From contig MGLW01000020.1 in the NCBI GenBank assembly GCA_001794905.1, positions 18,184-35,301 on the forward strand: a stretch of 17,118 bases of DNA, given 5' to 3'. This DNA is from Chlamydiae bacterium RIFCSPHIGHO2_12_FULL_49_11. GTDB lineage: Bacteria; Chlamydiota; Chlamydiia; Chlamydiales; 2-12-FULL-49-11. The notes beneath the pieces are model-generated. The model was not told the DNA's origin. It did not search any database and saw nothing but the letters and a program-made list of their open reading frames with translations. This document shows, one piece after another, positions 8,668-16,454 of the stretch. Position 1 is the stretch's first letter. Each line of letters opens with the position of its first letter. A program made the translations under genes and the position numbers.

Positions 8668-10567
8668 AAGAAAAAAAAGTAAAAAAATCATCGGGATCGA
8701 CCTTGGAACGACAAACTCGTGCGTCGCCGTCATGGAGGGCAGTGAGGCCAAAGTGATCACCAACCAGGAAGGGGGCAGAACAACACCGTCGGTCGTTGCT
8801 TTCAAAGGAGCAGAGCGTCTCGTTGGCATCCCCGCCAAAAGGCAGGCAGTCACAAACCCCGAAAATACGGTCCACTCGGCCAAGCGCTTTATCGGACGCA
8901 ACTACAACGAAGTCTCGTCCGAACTAAAAATGGTCGCCTATAAAGTCGTTTCAGGCAGCGGCGGTAAAGCGGCAATCGAAATCAACGGCAAAGCGTACTC
9001 TCCCGAAGAATTCGGCGCCCACGTGCTCGCCAAGCTCAAAGAAGCGGCCGAAAACTACCTGGGTGAAGAAGTGACCGAAGCGGTTATCACCGTTCCCGCT
9101 TACTTCAACGATTCGCAGCGCCAGTCCACAAAAGATGCGGGTAAAATCGCCGGGCTGAACGTAAAGCGTATCATCAACGAACCGACGGCGGCAGCGCTCG
9201 CTTACGGTCTCGACAAGAAAGGGAAAGACCAAAAGGTAGCCGTCTACGACCTCGGCGGCGGTACGTTCGATATCTCGATCCTAGAAATTGGAGAGGGAGT
9301 ATTCGAAGTGCTTGCAACGAATGGAGACACCCACCTCGGCGGCGACGACTTCGACGAAGCGATCTTGCAATGGCTCCTTAAAGAGTTCAGGCAGGAGACG
9401 GGAGTCGATCTATCAAAAGACAAAATGGCGCTGCAGCGCCTCCGCGATGCGGCAGAAAAAGCCAAAATCGAACTGTCGGGAACAAACTCGACCGAAATCA
9501 ACCAGCCGTTCATCACGATGGACGCTTCGGGACCCAAACACTTGAACTTTACCCTCACAAGGGCAAAGCTCGAAAGTCTGGTCGGACACCTGGTCGATAA
9601 AACTGAGTCCCCCTGCTTGAAAGCCCTCAAAGACTCCGGCCTCTCCGCTTCCCAAATCGACGAAATCATTCTCGTCGGGGGTATGACGCGGATGCCGATG
9701 GTGCAGGAAAAAGTGCGCAAAATTTTCGGAAAAGAGCCGCACAAAGGGGTAAACCCCGATGAGGTGGTCGCGATCGGTGCTGCAATCCAGGGTGCAGTCC
9801 TGACCGGCGATGTCAAAGATGTGCTGCTGCTCGACGTCATTCCCCTCTCGCTCGGAATCGAGACGATGGGCGGCGTGATGACCAAAATCGTCGAGCGCAA
9901 TACGACAATCCCGACACAGAAAAAGCAAGTCTTCTCGACGGCTGCCGATAACCAGCCCGCCGTGACGATTTCAGTCTTGCAAGGCGAGCGTGAGCTTGCC
10001 CGCGATAACCGGATGATCGGTCAGTTCGACCTCACCGATATTCCGCCGTCACCGCGCGGCACGCCGCAGATCGAGGTCGCTTTCGACATCGATGCCGACG
10101 GCATTTTGCACGTTTCGGCCAAAGACAAGTCGACCGGAAAAGAACAAAAAATCCGGATCGAAGCTTCATCGGGACTCTCCGATGCCGAAATCCAAAAAGC
10201 GATCAACGAGGCCGAGTCTCATAAAGAAGAAGACCGCAAAATGCGGGAAAAAATCGACGTGAAGAACGAAGCCGATGCGCTTGTATTCCGTGCAGAAAAG
10301 TCGCTTACCGATTACAAGGACAAAATCCCTGCAAACGTTGCGGATGAAATCCGGTCTAAAATCGAGGCGGCCAAAGAGGCAATGAAAACCGATAATATCG
10401 ATTCGATCCGAAATGCAAAAGATGAACTCAGCCGGGTCATCCAAAAAATCGGAGAATCGATGAGTCGTCAAGGGGGTCCGCAGGCACAAGAAAATAGTGC
10501 TGCAGCACCCGGGGACGATATCGAAGAAGCCGAAGTTGAAGTCATGGACGATAAAAAAGAAGAGTAA
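8660..10567 (+). CDS. dnaK: Chaperone DnaK (Hsp70)
   Basis: [62 protein letters not shown] linker, [16 protein letters not shown]. Confidence 0.99.
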   Translation: MAERKKSKKIIGIDLGTTNSCVAVMEGSEAKVITNQEGGRTTPSVVAFKGAERLVGIPAKRQAVTNPENTVHSAKRFIGRNYNEVSSELKMVAYKVVSGSGGKAAIEINGKAYSPEEFGAHVLAKLKEAAENYLGEEVTEAVITVPAYFNDSQRQSTKDAGKIAGLNVKRIINEPTAAALAYGLDKKGKDQKVAVYDLGGGTFDISILEIGEGVFEVLATNGDTHLGGDDFDEAILQWLLKEFRQETGVDLSKDKMALQRLRDAAEKAKIELSGTNSTEINQPFITMDASGPKHLNFTLTRAKLESLVGHLVDKTESPCLKALKDSGLSASQIDEIILVGGMTRMPMVQEKVRKIFGKEPHKGVNPDEVVAIGAAIQGAVLTGDVKDVLLLDVIPLSLGIETMGGVMTKIVERNTTIPTQKKQVFSTAADNQPAVTISVLQGERELARDNRMIGQFDLTDIPPSPRGTPQIEVAFDIDADGILHVSAKDKSTGKEQKIRIEASSGLSDAEIQKAINEAESHKEEDRKMREKIDVKNEADALVFRAEKSLTDYKDKIPANVADEIRSKIEAAKEAMKTDNIDSIRNAKDELSRVIQKIGESMSRQGGPQAQENSAAAPGDDIEEAEVEVMDDKKEE

Positions 10568-10576
10568 AAACGCATG

Positions 10577-10608
10577 AGGTGCGCCCTTCGGGGCGCTCCT
10601 TATTTTTT
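10577..10608 (+). terminator. Intrinsic terminator of the dnaK operon, possibly bidirectional
   Basis: Hairpin AGG-t-GCGCCC-TTCG-GGGCGC-t-CCT (UUCG tetraloop) followed by TATTTTTT. It lies between convergent dnaK and the hctA-like gene. The A-run at 10566-10570 could act as the U-tract on the minus strand. Confidence 0.85.
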
Positions 10609-10797
10609 ACGGACACGTTTTTGTTCTGTTTCAAGAGACACGCGGCGCCAGGCTTTGGTGAGTTTGGAAAGCCGTACCGTTTTAGTTCGAATCCGTTGTG
10701 AAGCGCTTTTATTGCCGTTCACTGATTTGGGCACATCCAGCAAAATCTCTTCCAGCAAATCGACCAAATCTTTTGTCAAATCGTCAATCTTTGCCAA
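10600..10797 (-). CDS. hctA: Histone H1-like protein Hc1 family, short form (65 aa) lacking the K/A-rich tail
   Basis: GNKSASQRIRTKTVRLSKLTKAWRRVS matches the Hc1 N-terminal core (C. trachomatis GNKAAAQRVRTESIKLEKTAKVYRKES, recalled). TTG start preceded by AGGG. Confidence 0.8.
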   Translation of the reverse strand: MAKIDDLTKDLVDLLEEILLDVPKSVNGNKSASQRIRTKTVRLSKLTKAWRRVSLETEQKRVRKK

Positions 10798-10865
10798 ATG
10801 GAACTTGCCCTATTTCTGATTTTTCGATACAAAAAATCGTAAAAGGAAACAAGGAAAATGTTTCG

Positions 10866-11870
10866 ATGTTTGTACCAAACTTAGTATTGATAGCCGGTAT
10901 CAACATATCCTTGTCCGCTTTCCTATGCGCAAAGGATGATTCCGCATCGAGCACTCCCTCCAAAACCGTGGCGAAGCTCCAGATGCCTCCGAACACGGGC
11001 AATCTCGTTGCCTTTGACGGCTATGTGGAAGACTATAAATCGCTCATCATTCAACCGTATTTCTATATGAGCAATGGGTACGGCGATTATTCCAATTCGG
11101 GAAAATTCGAAGCGGCCCCGAGTACCACCCTTACGTTCACTCAACTGTATTTGCAATACGGATTTTACCCCAATTGGGAAATCGATGTCTTGTTCCAGGT
11201 CGATGTCAATGCGCAACGATCTCATGCTGCGTGTGAGTTTGCCTCTACATTTCTTTACCTGGGCTACCAGCTTGTGGCAAAAACGTGGGAACAAACGTTA
11301 TTTGCCATCCTCCTGGGTCTTTTCGAAGCCTTCCCCACAGGAAGATACGATGCTCTAAATCCGAATTGGTCTAATTTGCAAGCGAGCACTAACGGCTCTT
11401 TCCAGACGGGCCCCTTCATTTTCACCGAATGGACCTACCTTCCGAAAAAGGGGTTTAAATTTTTCATGATCACGACAAACATCTCCTGGTCGTGGCAAAC
11501 AAAACGCAAGACGCATGGTGTCAGCTATTACGGCGGCGTACCCGAAACAAACGGCACTTTTTATCCCAAGACCGTGCTTACCTTCACAGGTTCATTTCAA
11601 GTCGGCCTTACCGAACTCATTGAAATCGCGTGTGATTTTGCCTTCAATTATCAGGGGAACGTGAAATTCCGCGGCTATCCGGGAATGGACGATACGGGAG
11701 CCCTTTTAGATCTGAATGCGAACGACTCCTATCTGGCCTATCTTACTCCCGGCTTTGGGCTCAACATCTCGCCAACGAGCGGCTTTATCGCAAGCGGTTA
11801 CCTTTCCCTCTTCGGCAAAAACGCCGCTGCCTTCCGCGGAGGAGCTATGACCTACTTTGCCACCTTTTAA
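10866..11870 (+). CDS. Putative outer-membrane beta-barrel transporter/porin (MetA-pathway phenol-degradation-like family), 334 aa
   Basis: ATG 10866 with an AAGGA RBS; the ORF-track extension from 10698 overlaps hctA and is unlikely. Signal-peptide-like N-terminus ending ...SAFLCA, alternating aromatic beta strands (LYLQYG, FLYLGYQL, FQVGLT, CDFAFNY), FPTGRY motif and C-terminal Phe (TYFATF). Confidence 0.72.
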   Translation: MFVPNLVLIAGINISLSAFLCAKDDSASSTPSKTVAKLQMPPNTGNLVAFDGYVEDYKSLIIQPYFYMSNGYGDYSNSGKFEAAPSTTLTFTQLYLQYGFYPNWEIDVLFQVDVNAQRSHAACEFASTFLYLGYQLVAKTWEQTLFAILLGLFEAFPTGRYDALNPNWSNLQASTNGSFQTGPFIFTEWTYLPKKGFKFFMITTNISWSWQTKRKTHGVSYYGGVPETNGTFYPKTVLTFTGSFQVGLTELIEIACDFAFNYQGNVKFRGYPGMDDTGALLDLNANDSYLAYLTPGFGLNISPTSGFIASGYLSLFGKNAAAFRGGAMTYFATF

Positions 11871-11903
11871 CAAGGGGAAATTAATTAATCGACGACACAC
11901 GCC

Positions 11904-12437
11904 CTAGCTTTCACTGTCCGAATCATCAGCGTAAGGAGGGGGCTGCTGGGGTTGACCGGTGGAAGGAACCGAGGGGGGCTGCTGGTTTGTCAAAGCGGGG
12001 GACGGTTGTGATAGAAGGTACGTCATCTGAGCAGCCAATATTCGGGCAGCAGCTATCTTAAACTCACGATGCGCCACCTCCTGGAACCCAGAAAAAATCT
12101 GAGGGCCGCAGTTGTGAGCTTTCATTTTTTTTTCATAATGGTCGCACAGTTTCATCATTGCCTCAAAGAAATTCCTCTCAAAGGGGTACGAGTGCTCTGC
12201 TTGAACTTGATATAATTTCTTCAGAGAATACAAGTCGGTAGGGCGTGTCATCAAATTGATTTGCCCGGCCGGCGGAGAAACAACCGGCTTAACGTCATTA
12301 ACGCCCGAGCCGGCTCGTAAAGCGGCGGATGCAACACAAAGAACGATACAGTCCATAACAGCAGGCTTGCGAGTGTGAGACCCATTCTTCAGAGGAAAGG
12401 GAAGTGTTCTTGTCAGAGAAGGCAAAATAGGATGCAT
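11904..12437 (-). CDS. Hypothetical protein (177 aa), Pro/Gln-rich C-terminus with PPPY motif; candidate secreted effector
   Basis: ATG 12437 with a GAGG RBS 6 nt upstream (the ORF track uses TTG 12458). P/S/T-rich N-terminus, helical core, tail QQPPSVPSTGQPQQPPPYADDSDSES. Confidence 0.75.
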   Translation of the reverse strand: MHPILPSLTRTLPFPLKNGSHTRKPAVMDCIVLCVASAALRAGSGVNDVKPVVSPPAGQINLMTRPTDLYSLKKLYQVQAEHSYPFERNFFEAMMKLCDHYEKKMKAHNCGPQIFSGFQEVAHREFKIAAARILAAQMTYLLSQPSPALTNQQPPSVPSTGQPQQPPPYADDSDSES

Positions 12438-12457
12438 GGAAAACCTCGTTTTGGACA

Positions 12458-12487
12458 ATTATAACAAAACTCCAATAAAAATCTCGA
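12458..12487 (-). promoter_or_regulatory. Promoter for the 177-aa orphan
   Basis: Minus strand: TCGAGA (12487-12482), 18 nt, TATAAT (12463-12458), with an extended TG (TGtTATAAT). Confidence 0.55.
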
Positions 12488-12503
12488 GGAAAATTCCGTC
12501 TCC

Positions 12504-14396
12504 CTATTTGAAGAGACGGAGGAGGTCGTGGTAAGTGACGAAGAGGAAGAAGCCGATGAGGAGTACCATGAAAGGCATTGTGATTTTTTGAATGAGGCCC
12601 GGGGAAAGTCTCTTCCGAGTTACGATTTCCCAAAGGGAAAAGAAGATGTGCCCTCCGTCGAGCATAGGGATGGGAAGAAGATTGATAAGACCGAGGTTGA
12701 GGGAAATGAGGCCAAGCCAGTAGACCGCCTCTTTGACTCCAAGTCCGAAACGGTCATGCATCACTTTCATGATGCCGACGGGACCTGAGAGCCACTTGGG
12801 ATTAAGATGGCCGCGAAAGAGTGAACCAAGGGTGTGGTAGGTTTCCGCCACAAGTTCTTTGAAGACGACAAGAGGCGGAGGGTTGTAGAGTACTTTCTGG
12901 TCTGCAATGCGCGATCCTACGAAAATATAATAGGTCGGACGGGAAAAGAGTTCATAGGGCCGCTTTGCCTTTTCGGCAAGAGTGGATCGGTCGGAAACTT
13001 TCCTGAAATCTTCGAGGGTGATCGGTACAATGGGCTTCAAGAGATGGACTGTACCAACATTATGCACATCTCGCACTCCGAGATTCCGGACGAGCTCAGA
13101 GAGATGCTTCCAGTCAAACTTGGTACGGAAGATTTCATCTTCATTGACCGAGGTAAATCGGAAATGTTCTTCGGGACGGTCTACTGCCACGAGTACTCTG
13201 CGCTCTTGCAGTTTTTGCGCAAGTTCACTGGGAAGATGGACGGGCTCCCCATAGACTGCCACAATTTTGTCTCCCGGCAAAAGGGACTCATCGAGTGCCT
13301 CCCTTCCTGTCGGCTGAACCGGCGCAATCTTCTCTTCCTGCAATAAACTCGGGGTTTTTACCAGGTTGACCGCTTTTTTAACCGTAAGGCTCGCATCCAG
13401 CTCATAAGGAAGGGTGATGTAAGTGCTTTCCAGACCGCCGATCTTCGCTTCGTGTTTGGTATCCAAAAGCTCCTGCCTCTCTTCGACTCCCAGTGCGAGA
13501 TCGGAAATGTAGGTACGCGGCACGCGCGCAAGAATCGTACTTCCGCCTCTTTCCACCGTCACAAGAGCCGCATTACGGTTCACGATGCTTTGGATTTGCG
13601 GAAGAGAGAAAATCACTTCACCATCGATCCAAACGACGTAATCCCCTTTTTGGATGCCGGATTTGTAAAGAGGAGCATCAAGCTCGCCGGAGGCATCAAA
13701 GCCGTCAAACTTGAAGAGGCGTGCCGGCGAAAGAACGCCGATTGTCTGAAACTCGGTACCGTGGTAGCTGTCGGGATAGGGGGCAAGATTGTACGTATAC
13801 GGCGATTGAATTCCCGTGAGGTATTGGATTTTTGTTCCGGTAATAGGGACTTCGCTTCCGGCAGTCACACTCGAATACATGAGGCTTTTGTATCCTTGGT
13901 AGGGACGGCCGTCATACTCGCTGATAGCATCACCGGGACGGATCCCCTTTTCATAAAGCTCCGACTTGGGGTCAATCCAGCCGACGATTTTGGTATGTTC
14001 AAAAAAGGCTTGATCGCGCCCTCCGTACATCCAAATCAAAGTAAAAGCAATGAGAGCAAAGAAGATATTGATCACAGGTCCTGCAAGAGCAACTTTAAGC
14101 CTTTGCCAGGGCGTCTTTCCAAAAAACCCGTCGGGAATGGAGCGTGGATCAACTCCTTTTTCCGCCGTATCGCCGGCAATTTTGACAAAGCCTCCGAACG
14201 GCAAGATTCCGATTTGCCAGCGCACGCCGTCCTTATGCCAAAAGAAAATCGGCTTGCCCATTCCTATGCTGAACACTTCGATGCGCATCTTATTGCGCCT
14301 TGCCACGATAAAATGGGCAAGCTCATGGATGAAAACGAGAAACCCAAGTCCTAGAAGGGCGAGAAGAATATTTGTGAGATTTCCTGTTCCTATCAT
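12504..14396 (-). CDS. rseP: Site-2 intramembrane zinc metalloprotease RseP/YaeL with PDZ-like domains (630 aa)
   Basis: TM1 HELAH (HExxH), FSIGMG, LPFGGFVKI, AGPVIN, several GIRPGD/GIQKGD/LLPGD PDZ-like repeats, SGPVGI and NLLPIPMLDGGH. Abuts dxr. Confidence 0.95.
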   Translation of the reverse strand: MIGTGNLTNILLALLGLGFLVFIHELAHFIVARRNKMRIEVFSIGMGKPIFFWHKDGVRWQIGILPFGGFVKIAGDTAEKGVDPRSIPDGFFGKTPWQRLKVALAGPVINIFFALIAFTLIWMYGGRDQAFFEHTKIVGWIDPKSELYEKGIRPGDAISEYDGRPYQGYKSLMYSSVTAGSEVPITGTKIQYLTGIQSPYTYNLAPYPDSYHGTEFQTIGVLSPARLFKFDGFDASGELDAPLYKSGIQKGDYVVWIDGEVIFSLPQIQSIVNRNAALVTVERGGSTILARVPRTYISDLALGVEERQELLDTKHEAKIGGLESTYITLPYELDASLTVKKAVNLVKTPSLLQEEKIAPVQPTGREALDESLLPGDKIVAVYGEPVHLPSELAQKLQERRVLVAVDRPEEHFRFTSVNEDEIFRTKFDWKHLSELVRNLGVRDVHNVGTVHLLKPIVPITLEDFRKVSDRSTLAEKAKRPYELFSRPTYYIFVGSRIADQKVLYNPPPLVVFKELVAETYHTLGSLFRGHLNPKWLSGPVGIMKVMHDRFGLGVKEAVYWLGLISLNLGLINLLPIPMLDGGHIFFSLWEIVTRKRLSPGLIQKITMPFMVLLIGFFLFVTYHDLLRLFK

Positions 14397-15497
14397 TTAT
14401 TCCTTTCGGGCGCTCTCGGCTCCCATCCTCTCGGTTTCAAAAATACTTTCGAGAGTGTCCAATTTTGAGAGAGTATGTTTTTGGAGCAAACCTTCCAACT
14501 TTTCACCTATCGCTAACCACTTTAACTCACCTCGACAAAATCGATCAACCAATACCTCATTTGCACTCGATAAAAAACACGGGGCGCTCTCTCCGAGGTG
14601 CATGGCATGCTGTGCAAGAGCAAGACAACGGAATTTTTGAAGATCGGGAGGAAAAAATTGCAATTTCATGCCGGGGGAAAAATCCAGGCCCGGCATAGAG
14701 GAAGCACGATGGGGAAAATGGAGGGCATAACGGAGGGGATGAGCGAGCGAATGGGGTGCTAAAACGGCTTTGGTAAATCCGTCCTCAAAAGTCACGAGAC
14801 TCTGTACGATGCTTTCGGGGTGAATTACCGCCTTTATCTGTCCGGGAAGAAGCCCGAAAAGGCGTTGTGCCTCGATCATTTCCAATCCTTTGTTCATGAG
14901 AGTTGAACAATTCACCGCCACGCGCTTACCCATTTGCAGGTGAGGATGGCGATAGGCAAGCTCAGGCGTGATCTCTTCCAGATCTTTGGCGTCGGTATAG
15001 AGAAAAGGACCGCCCGATGCAGTGAGTATCACCTCTCGCACCGCTGCTTGTTTTTCTCCGAGAAGGCATTGAAAAATGGCTCCGTGTTCATGATCGATCG
15101 GAATAACGGGATTGTGGTACCGTTCGGCCGTTTCCATAATGAGTTTTCCCGCCGAAACAAGGAGCTCTTTGTTTGCCAAAAGGCACCGAACCCCCATTTT
15201 TAGAGAAAGGAGGAGTGCCGCGAGGGACACCGATTTGAGGAAAGCGAAAATCACGATGTCCGGAAGTGCCTGATCGAGCATCTCCGGCATTCCGACAACG
15301 CCACAAAACGCTGCATTCCCCTTTTCGAGGAGGCCTGTAAGGGCGCCGCCGCATTCGGCACTCTGCTGCTTGAGCAGCGCCTCATTCGAGTGGGCATAAA
15401 GACCGGCAACGCGAAACAGATCCGGAGACTCTTTAATGACCGAAAGAGCACTTTGCCCGATCTGTCCGGTTGAACCGAAAATGACCACTCTCTTCAT
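14397..15497 (-). CDS. dxr: 1-deoxy-D-xylulose-5-phosphate reductoisomerase homologue with divergent active site
   Basis: GSTGxIG, LANKE, PID.EH.AIFQ, LTASGGPF, HP...MG, TLMNKGLEMIEA, HP.SIV.S and ANEV, in the conserved chlamydial ytgD-dxr-rseP order. ATGA overlap with ytgD. Confidence 0.92.
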   Translation of the reverse strand: MKRVVIFGSTGQIGQSALSVIKESPDLFRVAGLYAHSNEALLKQQSAECGGALTGLLEKGNAAFCGVVGMPEMLDQALPDIVIFAFLKSVSLAALLLSLKMGVRCLLANKELLVSAGKLIMETAERYHNPVIPIDHEHGAIFQCLLGEKQAAVREVILTASGGPFLYTDAKDLEEITPELAYRHPHLQMGKRVAVNCSTLMNKGLEMIEAQRLFGLLPGQIKAVIHPESIVQSLVTFEDGFTKAVLAPHSLAHPLRYALHFPHRASSMPGLDFSPGMKLQFFPPDLQKFRCLALAQHAMHLGESAPCFLSSANEVLVDRFCRGELKWLAIGEKLEGLLQKHTLSKLDTLESIFETERMGAESARKE

Positions 15498-16453
15498 GCG
15501 ATGCTCTTCTCTTTTCCCTCTTTTCGGGAAGGGGCAAGCGAAAACAGAAAAACAAGCGCCTGCAGAGTCACAAGCATTCCCGAAGTGGAAAGAGCGGTAT
15601 GATATGCCGACAAAATATGGCGAGAAAGGGCAACGGCACAGATCGAGGTCGCCGTAGAAATCATCACCGCCGCTCCGAGCATGGTTTTCACGCTGGAAGT
15701 AAACCGTCGTGCGATCATGGGCGGCAGCACAAACAGTCCTAAAAGAGCTACGACGCCAACAACACGAAACCCGATCACGACGATAAACCCGGAAACTAGT
15801 GTGAGTAAAAATTCTTGAAAGGCAAAATCGGTCCGCGCCACTCCCGCGAAACCGGCATCAAAAGCGCGGGTTGTGAGCGGAATATAAAAAAAAGCGACGA
15901 AGGAGAGGGCAGCCGCAAAGGTGAGTGCACAGACTGCGATGTCATGGGGATGAACAAGGTCAAGATTTCCCATGATCACTTCGGTGCCGATATGGGTATT
16001 GCGCGCGATGAGAGTGATCAGAACAAGGCCGAGCGCGAACAGGAAGGTGAACACGAAACCGATGCCGGCATCTTCCTGCATGCGCAATTTTTTGACAAAA
16101 AAACGGATCAGCCACAACGTCAGAGTCGCAGTACATAAAGAGGCGAGCATCATTTCGGTGAGGGTGAGCATGGCATCGATTTCGATGGTGCGGCCGAGCA
16201 CAATCCGGATTATGACGGCCGTGATGCTGATCCCGAACAAAACAGTATGGGAGATGCTGTTGATCACCATGAGGGATTTCTTCAAAAAGAAAAACGTTCC
16301 CAGAAGCGCTGCCGCCGCTCCGAGGCAAACGAGGATGCATATTTGCACTTCATCCCCTGCAAGGGTTTGCACGGTGCCGGAAAAAAAACCGAAAAGCCGT
16401 TTTGCCATAACGACAAAAAAATCAAAAAAATGGCTGCCGCGGTACGATAGCAT
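15494..16453 (-). CDS. ytgD: Metal (Fe/Mn/Zn) ABC transporter permease YtgD/TroD (319 aa)
   Basis: ATG 16453 with a GGAGGAG RBS, 1 nt after the ytgC stop (the ORF-track start at 16537 overlaps ytgC). ABC-3 family motifs NSISHTVLFG, EDAGIGFVFT, MGNLD and AFD; N-terminus YRGSHFFDFF is like chlamydial YtgD. Confidence 0.9.
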   Translation of the reverse strand: MLSYRGSHFFDFFVVMAKRLFGFFSGTVQTLAGDEVQICILVCLGAAAALLGTFFFLKKSLMVINSISHTVLFGISITAVIIRIVLGRTIEIDAMLTLTEMMLASLCTATLTLWLIRFFVKKLRMQEDAGIGFVFTFLFALGLVLITLIARNTHIGTEVIMGNLDLVHPHDIAVCALTFAAALSFVAFFYIPLTTRAFDAGFAGVARTDFAFQEFLLTLVSGFIVVIGFRVVGVVALLGLFVLPPMIARRFTSSVKTMLGAAVMISTATSICAVALSRHILSAYHTALSTSGMLVTLQALVFLFSLAPSRKEGKEKSIA

Positions 16454-16454
16454 C

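Noticed and set aside
8951-9928. Antisense ORFs within dnaK (8951-9232, 9244-9900, 9413-9928) resembling the 'NAD-specific glutamate dehydrogenase antisense to Hsp70' annotation
   Set aside because: A well-known shadow-ORF artefact of conserved hsp70 codons. They are broken by stops here and have no GDH motifs; the real GDH is at 1155-4217.
5878-10567. Idea that the U-box protein is a CHIP-like partner of the adjacent DnaK
   Set aside because: It has no TPR domain, DnaK lacks a terminal EEVD, no ubiquitin/E1/E2 genes are nearby, and the hrcA operon has its own promoter downstream of the U-box gene. The adjacency is likely incidental.
6962-10567. Absence of dnaJ from the hrcA-grpE-dnaK operon
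   Set aside because: This is the normal arrangement in chlamydiae, where dnaJ is encoded elsewhere.
10698-10865. N-terminal extension of the 390-aa ORF
   Set aside because: It overlaps the hctA-like gene on the opposite strand. ATG 10866 has an RBS and begins a signal-peptide-like segment.
11880-11889. Palindrome ATTAATTAAT between convergent genes
   Set aside because: Short, AT-only, and no stable stem, so it cannot be supported as a terminator or operator.
12320-12356. MDCIVLCVASAAL in the PPxY orphan loosely resembles the TDxKVxV/IA motif of the orphan pair
   Set aside because: Different register and the Lys is missing; too weak to claim homology by eye.
12834-14640. Plus-strand ORFs (170, 300 and 196 aa) opposite rseP/dxr
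   Set aside because: Antisense shadows of conserved genes, with no independent support.
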